25,869 nt of DNA from the sequence record SRR20825019_2783. The stretch is one strand, 5' to 3'. Below are positions 1 to 8,196 of the stretch, piece by piece; within the stretch, counting starts at the first letter, position 1; every line of letters starts with the position of its first letter. The position numbers and the translations under genes were made by a program. Under the pieces are notes generated by a model. The model ran no database searches and was not told the DNA's origin. It saw only the letters and a program-made list of their open reading frames with translations.

Positions 1-345
1 TAAGTCATTAATAGTTTTGATATCTTCGACGCTGGCCGGCGGCGGTCGGTTGGGTACATCCGGCAGTTCGATCTGATATTCAGGTTCCAGCGGATCGCCG
101 GGTGAGGGCGATTGCTGTCCTTCACCGCGACTGAGTTCGCCTATCTGGATCGGCTCCTCACTGCGCACCGGCTCAGAAAATACCGCCTTCAGGCTTTGTG
201 ATAACACGCGGTATTTACCCTCATTGACGGCGGAGATGGAATACATGACCACAAAAAACGCAAACAGCAGCGTAATGAAATCGGCGTAGGAAACCAACCA
301 GCGTTCATGGTTTTCATGTTCTTGATGTTTTTTCCGGCGCGCCAT
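1..345 (-). CDS. motD: Flagellar stator protein MotD (MotB family), 5' part only; runs off the window edge
   Basis: Not in the ORF track; translated by hand from ATG at 345: MARRKKHQEHENHERWLVSYADFITLLFAFFVVMYSISAVNEGKY... This contains the MotB transmembrane motif W...YAD with the essential Asp22. The frame is open to base 1, has a GAGG RBS upstream, and lies directly downstream of motC. Confidence 0.92.
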   Translation of the reverse strand, partial: MARRKKHQEHENHERWLVSYADFITLLFAFFVVMYSISAVNEGKYRVLSQSLKAVFSEPVRSEEPIQIGELSRGEGQQSPSPGDPLEPEYQIELPDVPNRPPPASVEDIKTINDL

Positions 346-352
346 CGCTACC

Positions 353-1093
353 TCAATTCAGGTAAGCCTGAAGTCGACTTTCGATATTACGCGGATTTTC
401 TCCATCCGCGACGCCAATCAGTCCCTCAATCAACATCATGCGAAGCCGGCTGCGCTGAGCGACCACCGACTTTAACTTATTGCCGATAGGTAAAAACAAC
501 AGGTTGGCAAGGCCCACACCATAAATAGTGGCAACAAAAGCGACCGCGATTCCCGAGCCCAGTGAGGATGGATCAGCCAGATTACCCATCACGTGAATCA
601 GGCCCATCACCGCACCGATAATACCGATGGTCGGTGAGTATCCGCCCATGGCTTCATAGACCTTGGCAGCCTGGATATCGTCTTCTTCTTCCAGATCCAA
701 ATCGTTTTCCAGTACTTCACGGATCATTTCCGGCTCGGCACCGTCAGCAATCAACTGGAGGCCTTTCTGAGTAAACAGATCGGTTTCATCCATCGCCATG
801 GACTCCAGCCTCACCAGTCCTTCGCGACGAGCGACCTGGTTCCATTCCAGAATTTTCTCCAATAGCGTGCTTGCTGACATTTTGGGCGGTATAAATACCC
901 AGACAGTCCGCCGCAGTGCCCGCAGAAACGTGTTCATCGGTGTCTGCAGCATCACGGCACCCAGGGTACCGCCGAATACAATCAGCATCGCTACCGCATT
1001 CAAAATCGTATCGAGGTGACCGCCTTCCAGATGCTGACCAACCAGAATGGCGCCAAAGCCGATGATAAGACCGAGGATACTGAGAATATCCAT
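353..1093 (-). CDS. motC: Flagellar stator protein MotC (MotA family)
   Basis: 246 aa with four hydrophobic segments, ARREGLVRLE torque motif, GGYSPTIGIIGAVMGLI and AFVATIYG. Follows cheB as in the Pseudomonas cheB-motC-motD order. Confidence 0.92.
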   Translation of the reverse strand: MDILSILGLIIGFGAILVGQHLEGGHLDTILNAVAMLIVFGGTLGAVMLQTPMNTFLRALRRTVWVFIPPKMSASTLLEKILEWNQVARREGLVRLESMAMDETDLFTQKGLQLIADGAEPEMIREVLENDLDLEEEDDIQAAKVYEAMGGYSPTIGIIGAVMGLIHVMGNLADPSSLGSGIAVAFVATIYGVGLANLLFLPIGNKLKSVVAQRSRLRMMLIEGLIGVADGENPRNIESRLQAYLN

Positions 1094-2136
1094 TAATGCA
1101 GCTCCGCCAATTGCTGGCCGATATCACTGAGGTCGAGAATTTTATCGGCAAGCCCGGCTTTGGCTACCGCCATCGGCATGCCATAAATTGTGCTGCTCAG
1201 TTGATCCTGAGCCCAGATGCAACCGCCCAGTTGTTTGATAGCCTGGCAGCCGTCACGACCATCGCTGCCCATACCGGTCAGAATAATCGCCAGTGTCTCC
1301 GCCGCACAGACGCGGGCGATCGAGCTGAATGTCAGATCAACACAGGGTTTGTAGGTCTGGGTCGGGTCGCCATCTTCAACATGTAGATAGAGTCGGCCGG
1401 GTCGGCCCTTTATCAGCATCTGCTGACCGCCGGGAGCCAGATAGGCCGTCCCCGGATTCAATGCTTCCCCGTGTTCAGCCTGCTTAACGTGAATCCGGCA
1501 TTGATTATCCAGACGCTCAGCAAAGGATGGGGTAAATGTTGCCGGCATGTGCTGGACCATGACAATGGGGCTGGGAAAGGAAGCCGGTAATTGCGTCAGC
1601 ACTTTCTGCAAAGCCACGGGGCCCCCGGTGGAAGTACCTATTGCGACCAGTCCCGGTGCCTCAATCTGTTTTTGGTCGCGGCTTCGGGGCGATGTCGGGG
1701 TAGCAGCGGGCTGCAGGGGCTCTTCCAGGCTGGCACGAAAACCGCTGGCCAGATGGTAAATACGCTGACACAATTTTTTCTGTGCTTCGCTACGATCAGA
1801 TGACAGATCCTCGAATCGTTTAGGCAGGAAGTCAGTGGCACCGGCCTCAAGCGCATCCAGGGTGGATTTAGCACCCTCGGTGGTCCAGGTCGACAACATC
1901 AGTACCGGTGTCTGACGCAGCGCCTTGATTTTACGTACGGCACTGATACCGTCCATGACCGGCATTTCCAGATCCATGGTGACCACATCAGGACGCAGGG
2001 TCTGTACCCGGTCGATAGCTTCCTGACCATTACTCGCCGTGCCCACGACTTGCAGCCGGGGATCGGCATCAATAATTTCGGTCAGACGCTTTCGGAAGAA
2101 ACTGGAGTCGTCGACAATCAGAACCTTAACCGTCAC
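1093..2136 (-). CDS. cheB: Chemotaxis response regulator protein-glutamate methylesterase CheB
   Basis: N-terminal receiver domain (VLIVDDS, TMDLEMPVMDG, FLPK) plus methylesterase motifs GTSTGG, VQHMP and LTGMGSDG. GTG start with GGAG RBS. Confidence 0.97.
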   Translation of the reverse strand: MTVKVLIVDDSSFFRKRLTEIIDADPRLQVVGTASNGQEAIDRVQTLRPDVVTMDLEMPVMDGISAVRKIKALRQTPVLMLSTWTTEGAKSTLDALEAGATDFLPKRFEDLSSDRSEAQKKLCQRIYHLASGFRASLEEPLQPAATPTSPRSRDQKQIEAPGLVAIGTSTGGPVALQKVLTQLPASFPSPIVMVQHMPATFTPSFAERLDNQCRIHVKQAEHGEALNPGTAYLAPGGQQMLIKGRPGRLYLHVEDGDPTQTYKPCVDLTFSSIARVCAAETLAIILTGMGSDGRDGCQAIKQLGGCIWAQDQLSSTIYGMPMAVAKAGLADKILDLSDIGQQLAELH

Positions 2137-2144
2137 AGTGGCTC

Positions 2145-4217
2145 CTAATATCCGCGGTTGGCGTAGGCTTTCATCAACTCGGGGAAGTCGAGGATCAGCG
2201 CGATGCGGCCGTCACCGGTAATTGTCGCGCCGGCCAGTCCCTTGGTACCGTGCAGCAGCGCGCCGAGCGGTTTGATCACGACTTCTTCCTGTCCCAGCAG
2301 TTGATCGACAACAAAGCCAACACGCTGGGTGCCGACATTGACGATCACCACGTGTTCGATATCAGAATCTGATTCTTCACTCGGGTTGTAATGTTTGACC
2401 AGCCATTTACGGAGGTAGAACAGCGGCAGTGCCTTGTTTCTGACCATAATGGTTTCCTGGCCGTCGACCACATTGGTTTTCGACAGATCCAGATGGAAAA
2501 TCTCGTTGACGCTGACCAGTGGGAAGGCAAAAATCTGATCGCCCAGCATCACCATCAGGGTGGGCATAATGGCGAGTGTCAGTGGCACTTTAATCGACAG
2601 CGTGGTGCCAACTCCGATTTCCGATTTAATATCGATGACGCCGTTGAGTTTGGAAATGCTGGTTTTGACCACATCCATACCCACGCCGCGGCCGGAAATA
2701 TCGGAGATTTCCTGTTTCATCGAAAAGCCGGGCGAGAAGATCAGTGAGAAGCACTCGGATTCAGTCAGCCTGGCTGCGGTGTCCTCATCCATCATGCCTT
2801 TTTCCACCGCTTTACGGCGTAGCACTTCCGGATTCATGCCGGCACCGTCATCAGCAATGGTCAGCAGAATATGGTCACCTTCCTGGGCCGCAGCCAGCAC
2901 AATATTACCCTGGCGTGGTTTACCGGCAGCTTCACGCACATCCGGCATTTCGATACCGTGATCAACAGCATTTCTGACCAGATGCACCAGCGGATCGGCC
3001 AGTGCTTCAACCAGGTTTTTATCCAGATCGGTTTCTTCACCGCGCAGTTCCAGATTAATGTCTTTTTTCAGGCTGCGAGCCAGATCACGGACGACGCGGG
3101 GGAAACGACCAAAGACTTTTTTGATCGGCTGCATCCGGGTTTTCATCACCGCTGTCTGCAGGTCGCCGGTGACCACCGTCAGGTTGTTGACCGCCTTGGC
3201 CATTTCCTCATTTTCAAACGCGGCTTCCAGAGTGCTGATACGGTTACGCACCAGCACCAGCTCGCCGACCATGTTCATGATGTCATCGAGACGGCTGGTA
3301 TCAACACGGACACTGGTATCGGCCTGTTTTGCCGGTGCAGCGGCCTTGGCGGCTGTAGCCGACTCTGGTTTGGATTCCGGCGTCGGTTCAGGCTTATCGG
3401 CTTCTGTTTTATCAGCCTGACTGGCAGGCGTTGACGGTGGTTGTTTTACAGGCTCGGCTTTAGACGGTTCGGCCTGTGCTGGGGCAGCTTTAGGTGCAGC
3501 CGCATTGCTTGTTGGCGCTGATTGATTTTTTTTGCCCTGCAGTTGATCCAGCAGTGCTTCAAATTCTTCTTCAGTAATATCGTCGCCGTTACTGCTGCTT
3601 TGTTCTGGCGATGCAGCTGCGGTTTTTTCTGGCTGCTCAGGCTCTGCACTGCTGCCAGGGGGGGCATTACCGTGCAACTGATCGAGCAGCGCCTCGAACT
3701 CATCATCAGTGATTTCATCATCAGCGGCTGCATTGGAGGCAGTCGTATCAGGAGCAGGCGCCGTGTCAGGCTCAGGTTGCGGTTCTGGCTCCGGTGCAGC
3801 TTGCTGTGGTGGTGTGTAAGGCACACTGTCGTTGTCGAGATAGGCTGCCAGTTGCGACAGGATTGCCGGGTCGGCAGCGGTTGGATACTGGCCGGATTTC
3901 AGCTCGTCGAACATGGTGTTGAGAATATCGAGCACCTTGAGAAAGGTATCCATCATATCGGCATCAACATAACGTTCGCCCTGACGCAGCAGATTGAAGA
4001 CGTCTTCGCCTTTATGACACAGGTTGACCATGGCTTCCAGACTGAGGAAGCCAGCGCCGCCCTTGATGGTATGAAAGCCGCGGAAAATCGAGTTGAGCAG
4101 ATCTTTATCCTGCGGGCTGTTTTCCAGCTCGACCAGTTGCTCGTTCAGGCCTTCCAGTATTTCTTCGGCTTCAACCAGGAAGTCCTGCAGAATTTCATCA
4201 TCGGTATCCAGCGTCAT
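2145..4217 (-). CDS. cheA: Chemotaxis histidine kinase CheA
   Basis: HPt domain (IFRGFHTIKGGAG), dimerisation domain (SVRVDTSRLDDIMNMVGEL), HATPase domain (HLVRNAVDHGIE, DDGAG, SGRGVGMDVV) and C-terminal CheW-like domain. Confidence 0.98.
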   Translation of the reverse strand: MTLDTDDEILQDFLVEAEEILEGLNEQLVELENSPQDKDLLNSIFRGFHTIKGGAGFLSLEAMVNLCHKGEDVFNLLRQGERYVDADMMDTFLKVLDILNTMFDELKSGQYPTAADPAILSQLAAYLDNDSVPYTPPQQAAPEPEPQPEPDTAPAPDTTASNAAADDEITDDEFEALLDQLHGNAPPGSSAEPEQPEKTAAASPEQSSSNGDDITEEEFEALLDQLQGKKNQSAPTSNAAAPKAAPAQAEPSKAEPVKQPPSTPASQADKTEADKPEPTPESKPESATAAKAAAPAKQADTSVRVDTSRLDDIMNMVGELVLVRNRISTLEAAFENEEMAKAVNNLTVVTGDLQTAVMKTRMQPIKKVFGRFPRVVRDLARSLKKDINLELRGEETDLDKNLVEALADPLVHLVRNAVDHGIEMPDVREAAGKPRQGNIVLAAAQEGDHILLTIADDGAGMNPEVLRRKAVEKGMMDEDTAARLTESECFSLIFSPGFSMKQEISDISGRGVGMDVVKTSISKLNGVIDIKSEIGVGTTLSIKVPLTLAIMPTLMVMLGDQIFAFPLVSVNEIFHLDLSKTNVVDGQETIMVRNKALPLFYLRKWLVKHYNPSEESDSDIEHVVIVNVGTQRVGFVVDQLLGQEEVVIKPLGALLHGTKGLAGATITGDGRIALILDFPELMKAYANRGY
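3534..3722 (-). repeat. Two-copy intragenic peptide repeat in the CheA linker (DDEITDDEFEALLDQLHG / GDDITEEEFEALLDQLQG)
   Basis: Copies at 3669-3722 and 3534-3587, 135 nt (45 aa) apart, embedded in an Ala/Pro/Glu-rich low-complexity linker. Confidence 0.9.
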
Positions 4218-4228
4218 GCATCAGTTCC

Positions 4229-4963
4229 TCAGAAGCCGAGGCTAGATAGCAAGTCATCCACATCGTCCTGGTCATTGACCACGTTGGGGTTGTCCTGTGC
4301 GTTTATCTGCGGGCCTTCGGCTTTAATAGGGTCAGTCTCTTTTTTCGGTTTACTTTCCTGCTGGTGTTTGCCGGCCACTTTGACCAGTTGCACCAGATTG
4401 TCTTCCACTTCTTCAACCAGATTGATGACCTGGCGGATCACTTGCCCGGTCAAATCCTGGAAGCCTTGAGCCAGCATCATTTCCGACAGATTGGCGTGAA
4501 CCTGGTCGGCATGGCCTTTTACAGTGGGCAGATAGGCTTCAATTTCTTTCACCAATTGCCGGAATTCTTCCGCCGTCATTTTTTTCTTGCGGAAACGTTG
4601 CCAGCTTTCATCTATCTTTTCGGCAGTTTGGCGGAGTTCTTGAGCCAAAGGCAGGGTTTCATCAATGTACCCCAGCGTTTTGTGAGCGGCTTCTTCGGTG
4701 GTGGTGATGACATAATTAAGCCTGTCACGGGTATTGGGGATATCGTTTTCGGTTAAGTCGATAAGCCGCGAGTCGACATTGAAGTTGCTCAAAGCTTCGT
4801 GCAGTTCGCGGGTCAGTTTGCCTACTTCCTGAAAAAGCTGGCTTTCATGTGACTGGGTGAGGATGGTCAGTTGCTTGTTGGCACTTGATTCATCGTTGTT
4901 TTCCAGCGCCGAAACAAGGGCGCGGGCAGCATCGATCTGAATATCTTGGTTGGGGGAAGCCAT
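4229..4963 (-). CDS. cheZ: CheY-P phosphatase CheZ
   Basis: 244 aa with MLAQGFQDLTGQVI catalytic motif and C-terminal QDDVDDLLSSLGF peptide. Lies between cheY and cheA. Confidence 0.97.
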   Translation of the reverse strand: MASPNQDIQIDAARALVSALENNDESSANKQLTILTQSHESQLFQEVGKLTRELHEALSNFNVDSRLIDLTENDIPNTRDRLNYVITTTEEAAHKTLGYIDETLPLAQELRQTAEKIDESWQRFRKKKMTAEEFRQLVKEIEAYLPTVKGHADQVHANLSEMMLAQGFQDLTGQVIRQVINLVEEVEDNLVQLVKVAGKHQQESKPKKETDPIKAEGPQINAQDNPNVVNDQDDVDDLLSSLGF

Positions 4964-4978
4964 GAGCAGGAAAGCTCC

Positions 4979-5368
4979 TTATTGTGCGTTGATCCGTTCG
5001 AAAATCTTTTCGATTTTCTCCTTCAGTGTAGCGGCAGTAAATGGTTTGACAATGTAACCATTCACACCGGCCTGGGCGGCTTCAATGATTTGTTCGCGTT
5101 TGGTTTCGGCGGTCACCATCAGTACCGGTAATGTCGACAGTTTTTCATCGGCACGAACGGCTTTGAGCAGATCGATCCCCTGCATACCCGGCATATTCCA
5201 GTCAGTGATCAGGAAATCAATGCCACCTGCCTGCAGGATAGGGAGGGCAGTTGTACCATCATCGGCTTCCTGAGTATTGTTAAAGCCGAGATCACGCAGC
5301 AGGTTTTTTATAATCCGTCGCATTGTGGAAAAATCATCCACAATCAGGATTTTCATATTTTTATCCAA
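4979..5368 (-). CDS. cheY: Chemotaxis response regulator CheY (129 aa, TTG start)
   Basis: Motifs [25 protein letters not shown] and GYIVKPF. Start moved from 5401 to TTG at 5368 because GGAGG lies 6 nt upstream (5375-5379), this gives the typical MDKNMKIL N-terminus, and it removes the overlap with fliA. Confidence 0.96.
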   Translation of the reverse strand: MDKNMKILIVDDFSTMRRIIKNLLRDLGFNNTQEADDGTTALPILQAGGIDFLITDWNMPGMQGIDLLKAVRADEKLSTLPVLMVTAETKREQIIEAAQAGVNGYIVKPFTAATLKEKIEKIFERINAQ

Positions 5369-5384
5369 AACTAACCTCCAAAAA

Positions 5385-6107
5385 TTACATAATCCAGTCA
5401 CGAAGTTTGGATCGGAGCCGGAGCACAGTCTGACTGTGGATCTGACTTACCCGGGATTCACTGACCCCCAGGACTTCTCCAATCTCCTTCAAATTCAGCT
5501 CGTCATTATAATACAGGCTCATCAGCAGTCGCTCCCGCTCCGGTAAGCCATCGATAGCCTGAACCAGAGCAAGTTGGAAATCATCATCCTGCACTTCGGC
5601 ATCCGGAGAAGCCGGTGCCGTTGTCAATGGATGAGCCTGGGTTTCATCGTTATCGGTGAACTCGTCAAGACTGAACAACTGATGTCCGGTGGAATCCTGG
5701 AGCTGCTGATGATAGTCGTCGAGATTCAGGCCCAATGCGCTGGCGACTTCCGCATCGGTCGCATTGCGGCCTTTGTACTGTTCAATCTCACGCATTTTCT
5801 CGGAAATTTCGCGGGCTTTTTTATGCACCGAGCGCGGTGCCCAGTCGTTACGACGAATCTCATCGAGCATTGATCCGCGGATACGAATACCGGCATAAGT
5901 TTCGAAACTGGCGCCCTGTGAAGCATCAAACTGATGCGAGGCATCAAGCAGACCGATCATGCCGGCCTGGATCAGATCTTCGACATCCACTGAAGCCGGA
6001 AGGCGGGCGATCAGGTGGTAGGCGATACGCTTGACCAGTGCCGCGTGGTGTTCGACCAGTTCTGATTTTGATTGTCCTGATGCGTACATGGCAGCTCCGC
6101 TGTTCAT
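5385..6107 (-). CDS. fliA: Flagellar sigma factor sigma28 FliA
   Basis: Motifs [38 protein letters not shown] and region 4 [24 protein letters not shown]. Confidence 0.98.
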   Translation of the reverse strand: MNSGAAMYASGQSKSELVEHHAALVKRIAYHLIARLPASVDVEDLIQAGMIGLLDASHQFDASQGASFETYAGIRIRGSMLDEIRRNDWAPRSVHKKAREISEKMREIEQYKGRNATDAEVASALGLNLDDYHQQLQDSTGHQLFSLDEFTDNDETQAHPLTTAPASPDAEVQDDDFQLALVQAIDGLPERERLLMSLYYNDELNLKEIGEVLGVSESRVSQIHSQTVLRLRSKLRDWIM

Positions 6108-6976
6108 GCCATTTCCATACTAGCCTGAATGAGTCGCTCTACGAAAAACTCCATATGGCCACGCGGTTGCTTCTGCACCGGCCAGTATTCAATTTTCTTG
6201 GCCAGATGTGCAAACGCCGTGGCTGATTTGCTGCGAGGGTAGGCATCCACCACACTGCGCTGTTTTTTGACAGCGCTGCGCAGATCGTCATCGAAAGGAA
6301 CGATACCCATAAAGTCGAGCGTTACATCGAGAAAACGCTCACAAACCAGCGATATCTTATCGAACAGCTCGCGTCCTTCCTGCACACTACGACTCATGTT
6401 GGCAATGATATGGAAGCGTTCAACACCATGCTCGCGGCTCAGAAGCTTGATCAGCGCATAGGCATCGGTGATTGAAGCAGGCTCATCACAGACCACAACA
6501 ATGACTTCCTGTGCTGCCTTACTGAAACTGACAACGCTGTCGGCAATGCCCGCGGCGCTGTCGATCAGCAGTACGTCGATATGCTGATCCATTTCACTGA
6601 AGGCCTGGATCATGCCGGCATGCTCAGCGGTGCTGAGTTCAGCCATTTTCTGGACGCCGGAAGCGGCCGGAATAATTTTCAGACCGGCAGGGCCTTCAAC
6701 AATAATGTCTCTAAGGCTTTTACTGCCATCGAGTACATGCAGCAGGTTGTACTGCGGGTGAAGTCCCAGCATGACATCAATATTGGCCAAACCCAGATCG
6801 GCGTCGAGTAATACCACTTCCTTGCCCTGAGAAGCCATGGCAACTCCCAGGTTGACGGTCACATTGGTCTTACCGACACCGCCTTTACCGCTGGCAATGG
6901 CGATGACTTTGACCGGACGCGGGGGATTCAGCTGGCGACGCAGGCCGGCGGCTTGATCCTGGGAATTTTCAGCCAT
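6104..6976 (-). CDS. fleN: MinD-like ATPase FleN/FlhG, regulator of flagellar number
   Basis: Deviant Walker A SGKGGVGKT, DADLGLAN, EPASITDAYALIK, N-terminal DQAAGLR activator-type helix and C-terminal amphipathic FFVERLI. Start set to ATG 6976 (MAENSQDQ), with GGAGG at 6988-6992 and an 8-nt overlap with the flhF stop. Confidence 0.94.
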   Translation of the reverse strand: MAENSQDQAAGLRRQLNPPRPVKVIAIASGKGGVGKTNVTVNLGVAMASQGKEVVLLDADLGLANIDVMLGLHPQYNLLHVLDGSKSLRDIIVEGPAGLKIIPAASGVQKMAELSTAEHAGMIQAFSEMDQHIDVLLIDSAAGIADSVVSFSKAAQEVIVVVCDEPASITDAYALIKLLSREHGVERFHIIANMSRSVQEGRELFDKISLVCERFLDVTLDFMGIVPFDDDLRSAVKKQRSVVDAYPRSKSATAFAHLAKKIEYWPVQKQPRGHMEFFVERLIQASMEMA

Positions 6977-8171
6977 AGGCGGCAAAACCTCCGTAACTGG
7001 ACAGGGTCTGCGGATCCAGTTGTTGTTCATCATTCATCAGTTCACTGGCTTGGTTGACCAGGGTATTAGGTCGGGCCAGGCTCAAATCTTCCGGCACCTG
7101 CTGCCCGTCGGCGACAAAAGCCAGCGGCATCTGATGGCGAATCATCGCAGAGATGGCACCTCCCAAGCTGCTGGTCTCATCGGTTTTGGTCAATATACAG
7201 CCACTCAGGTCAAGGTGCGAGAAGGCCTTAATAATATCATCCATGCCACTGCTCTGGGTGTTGGCAGACAGCGTCAGCAGGGTTTTTACCCTCGGTGACT
7301 GCTGTTTAAGCAGGGCAAATTTTTCGGTGAGTTGCATATCCCGTTGATTCATTCCCGCAGTATCTATCAGGATAAAGCGTCGATCAAGCAGGTCGGCCAG
7401 GGTTTCCGAGAGTTCAGCATGGCTACGGGCAACGCGAATTGGCACGCCCAGAATGCGGGCGTAACTGCGCAGTTGTTCCTGGCCGCCAATGCGGTAGCAA
7501 TCGGTGGTGACCAAAGCGACCTGGCGTGCACCGTGTTTGAGTGCACAGCGTGCGGCCAGTTTGGCGATCGTCGTGGTTTTGCCGACGCCGGTGGGGCCAA
7601 CCAGTGCATAGATCCCCCCCTGCGACAAAAAGTCGTCATTTGACAGACGAATTTGGCTGGCAAGTCGTCCCATCGAATGACGCCAGGCCGTTTCCAGATC
7701 ATCCAGGCCAGCCATCTGCGCGGTAATCGTTTTGGCGATTTCGACGTCGACGCCCATGTGCAGAAAGCGTTTCAGTAGTTGCATCTGGATCGGGCTTTGC
7801 CGTTCCATATCTTTCCAGGTCAGATCAGATAGTTGATGCTGCAGCATATCACGCAGGCTGGCGATTTCCCGGCGCATCTGTACCAGGGTCGGCTCCTGCG
7901 ACCAGATATTTTCTTTCGGTGCTGGCCGGGGCGTTTCATAGCGTGGTTCGCTGGACGGATTGATTTCTACTTTGGGTTGTTGGCGAGGTTCATCAACGAC
8001 CGCTTGTGTCTGACGGCGAAACTGACTTTCGTCGTAGTCAGTCGCGGCGACGATTTCAATACCGCCGTCGACCCGGGTATTAGACAGGATCACGGCGTCA
8101 GGTCCCAGTACTTCCCGGACCTCGCGGATTGCCTGACGTACGTCAGCAGCCTGGAAACGTTTGATTTTCAT
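6969..8171 (-). CDS. flhF: SRP-family GTPase FlhF, polar flagellum placement
   Basis: N-terminus MKIKRFQAAD..LGPDAVILSN; GTPase motifs G1 GPTGVGKTTT, G3 DTAG, G4 TKTDE and GQQVPEDL. Confidence 0.97.
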   Translation of the reverse strand: MKIKRFQAADVRQAIREVREVLGPDAVILSNTRVDGGIEIVAATDYDESQFRRQTQAVVDEPRQQPKVEINPSSEPRYETPRPAPKENIWSQEPTLVQMRREIASLRDMLQHQLSDLTWKDMERQSPIQMQLLKRFLHMGVDVEIAKTITAQMAGLDDLETAWRHSMGRLASQIRLSNDDFLSQGGIYALVGPTGVGKTTTIAKLAARCALKHGARQVALVTTDCYRIGGQEQLRSYARILGVPIRVARSHAELSETLADLLDRRFILIDTAGMNQRDMQLTEKFALLKQQSPRVKTLLTLSANTQSSGMDDIIKAFSHLDLSGCILTKTDETSSLGGAISAMIRHQMPLAFVADGQQVPEDLSLARPNTLVNQASELMNDEQQLDPQTLSSYGGFAAYG

Positions 8172-8196
8172 AAATCACAACCTCAATCTGTCACAT

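Noticed and set aside
3394..3420. GCCGATAA sigma28-like -10 box in the cheA linker
   Set aside because: It is more than 1.2 kb from the next start codon, has a weak -35 (TCAG), and simply encodes Ala-Asp-Lys.
4303..4325. TAAA-N11-GCAGATAA inside cheZ as a sigma28 promoter for cheA
   Set aside because: The spacer is 4 nt shorter than the TAAA-N15-GCCGATAA consensus.
3522..4469. 315-aa plus-strand ORF
   Set aside because: It is an antisense shadow of cheA/cheZ, has no recognisable motif, and its composition is explained by the codon usage of the real genes.
5369..5401. Longer cheY start given by the ORF track (140 aa)
   Set aside because: It overlaps the fliA 3' end. TTG at 5368 has a GGAGG RBS and gives the typical N-terminus.
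5650..5676. Possible sigma28 promoter inside fliA for cheY (TTCAG-N13-ACCGATAA)
   Set aside because: Both boxes are mismatched and the spacing is one base short, so it cannot be supported without start-site data.
6977..7033. N-terminal extension of fleN in the ORF track
   Set aside because: It would overlap flhF by 65 nt. ATG 6976 has an RBS and a standard 8-nt coupling overlap.
7614..7620. G7 tract in flhF, and C7/A8 tracts in the cheA linker (3658-3664, 3526-3533), as phase-variation sites
   Set aside because: The tracts are short, the reading frames are intact, and such runs are expected by chance in 26 kb.
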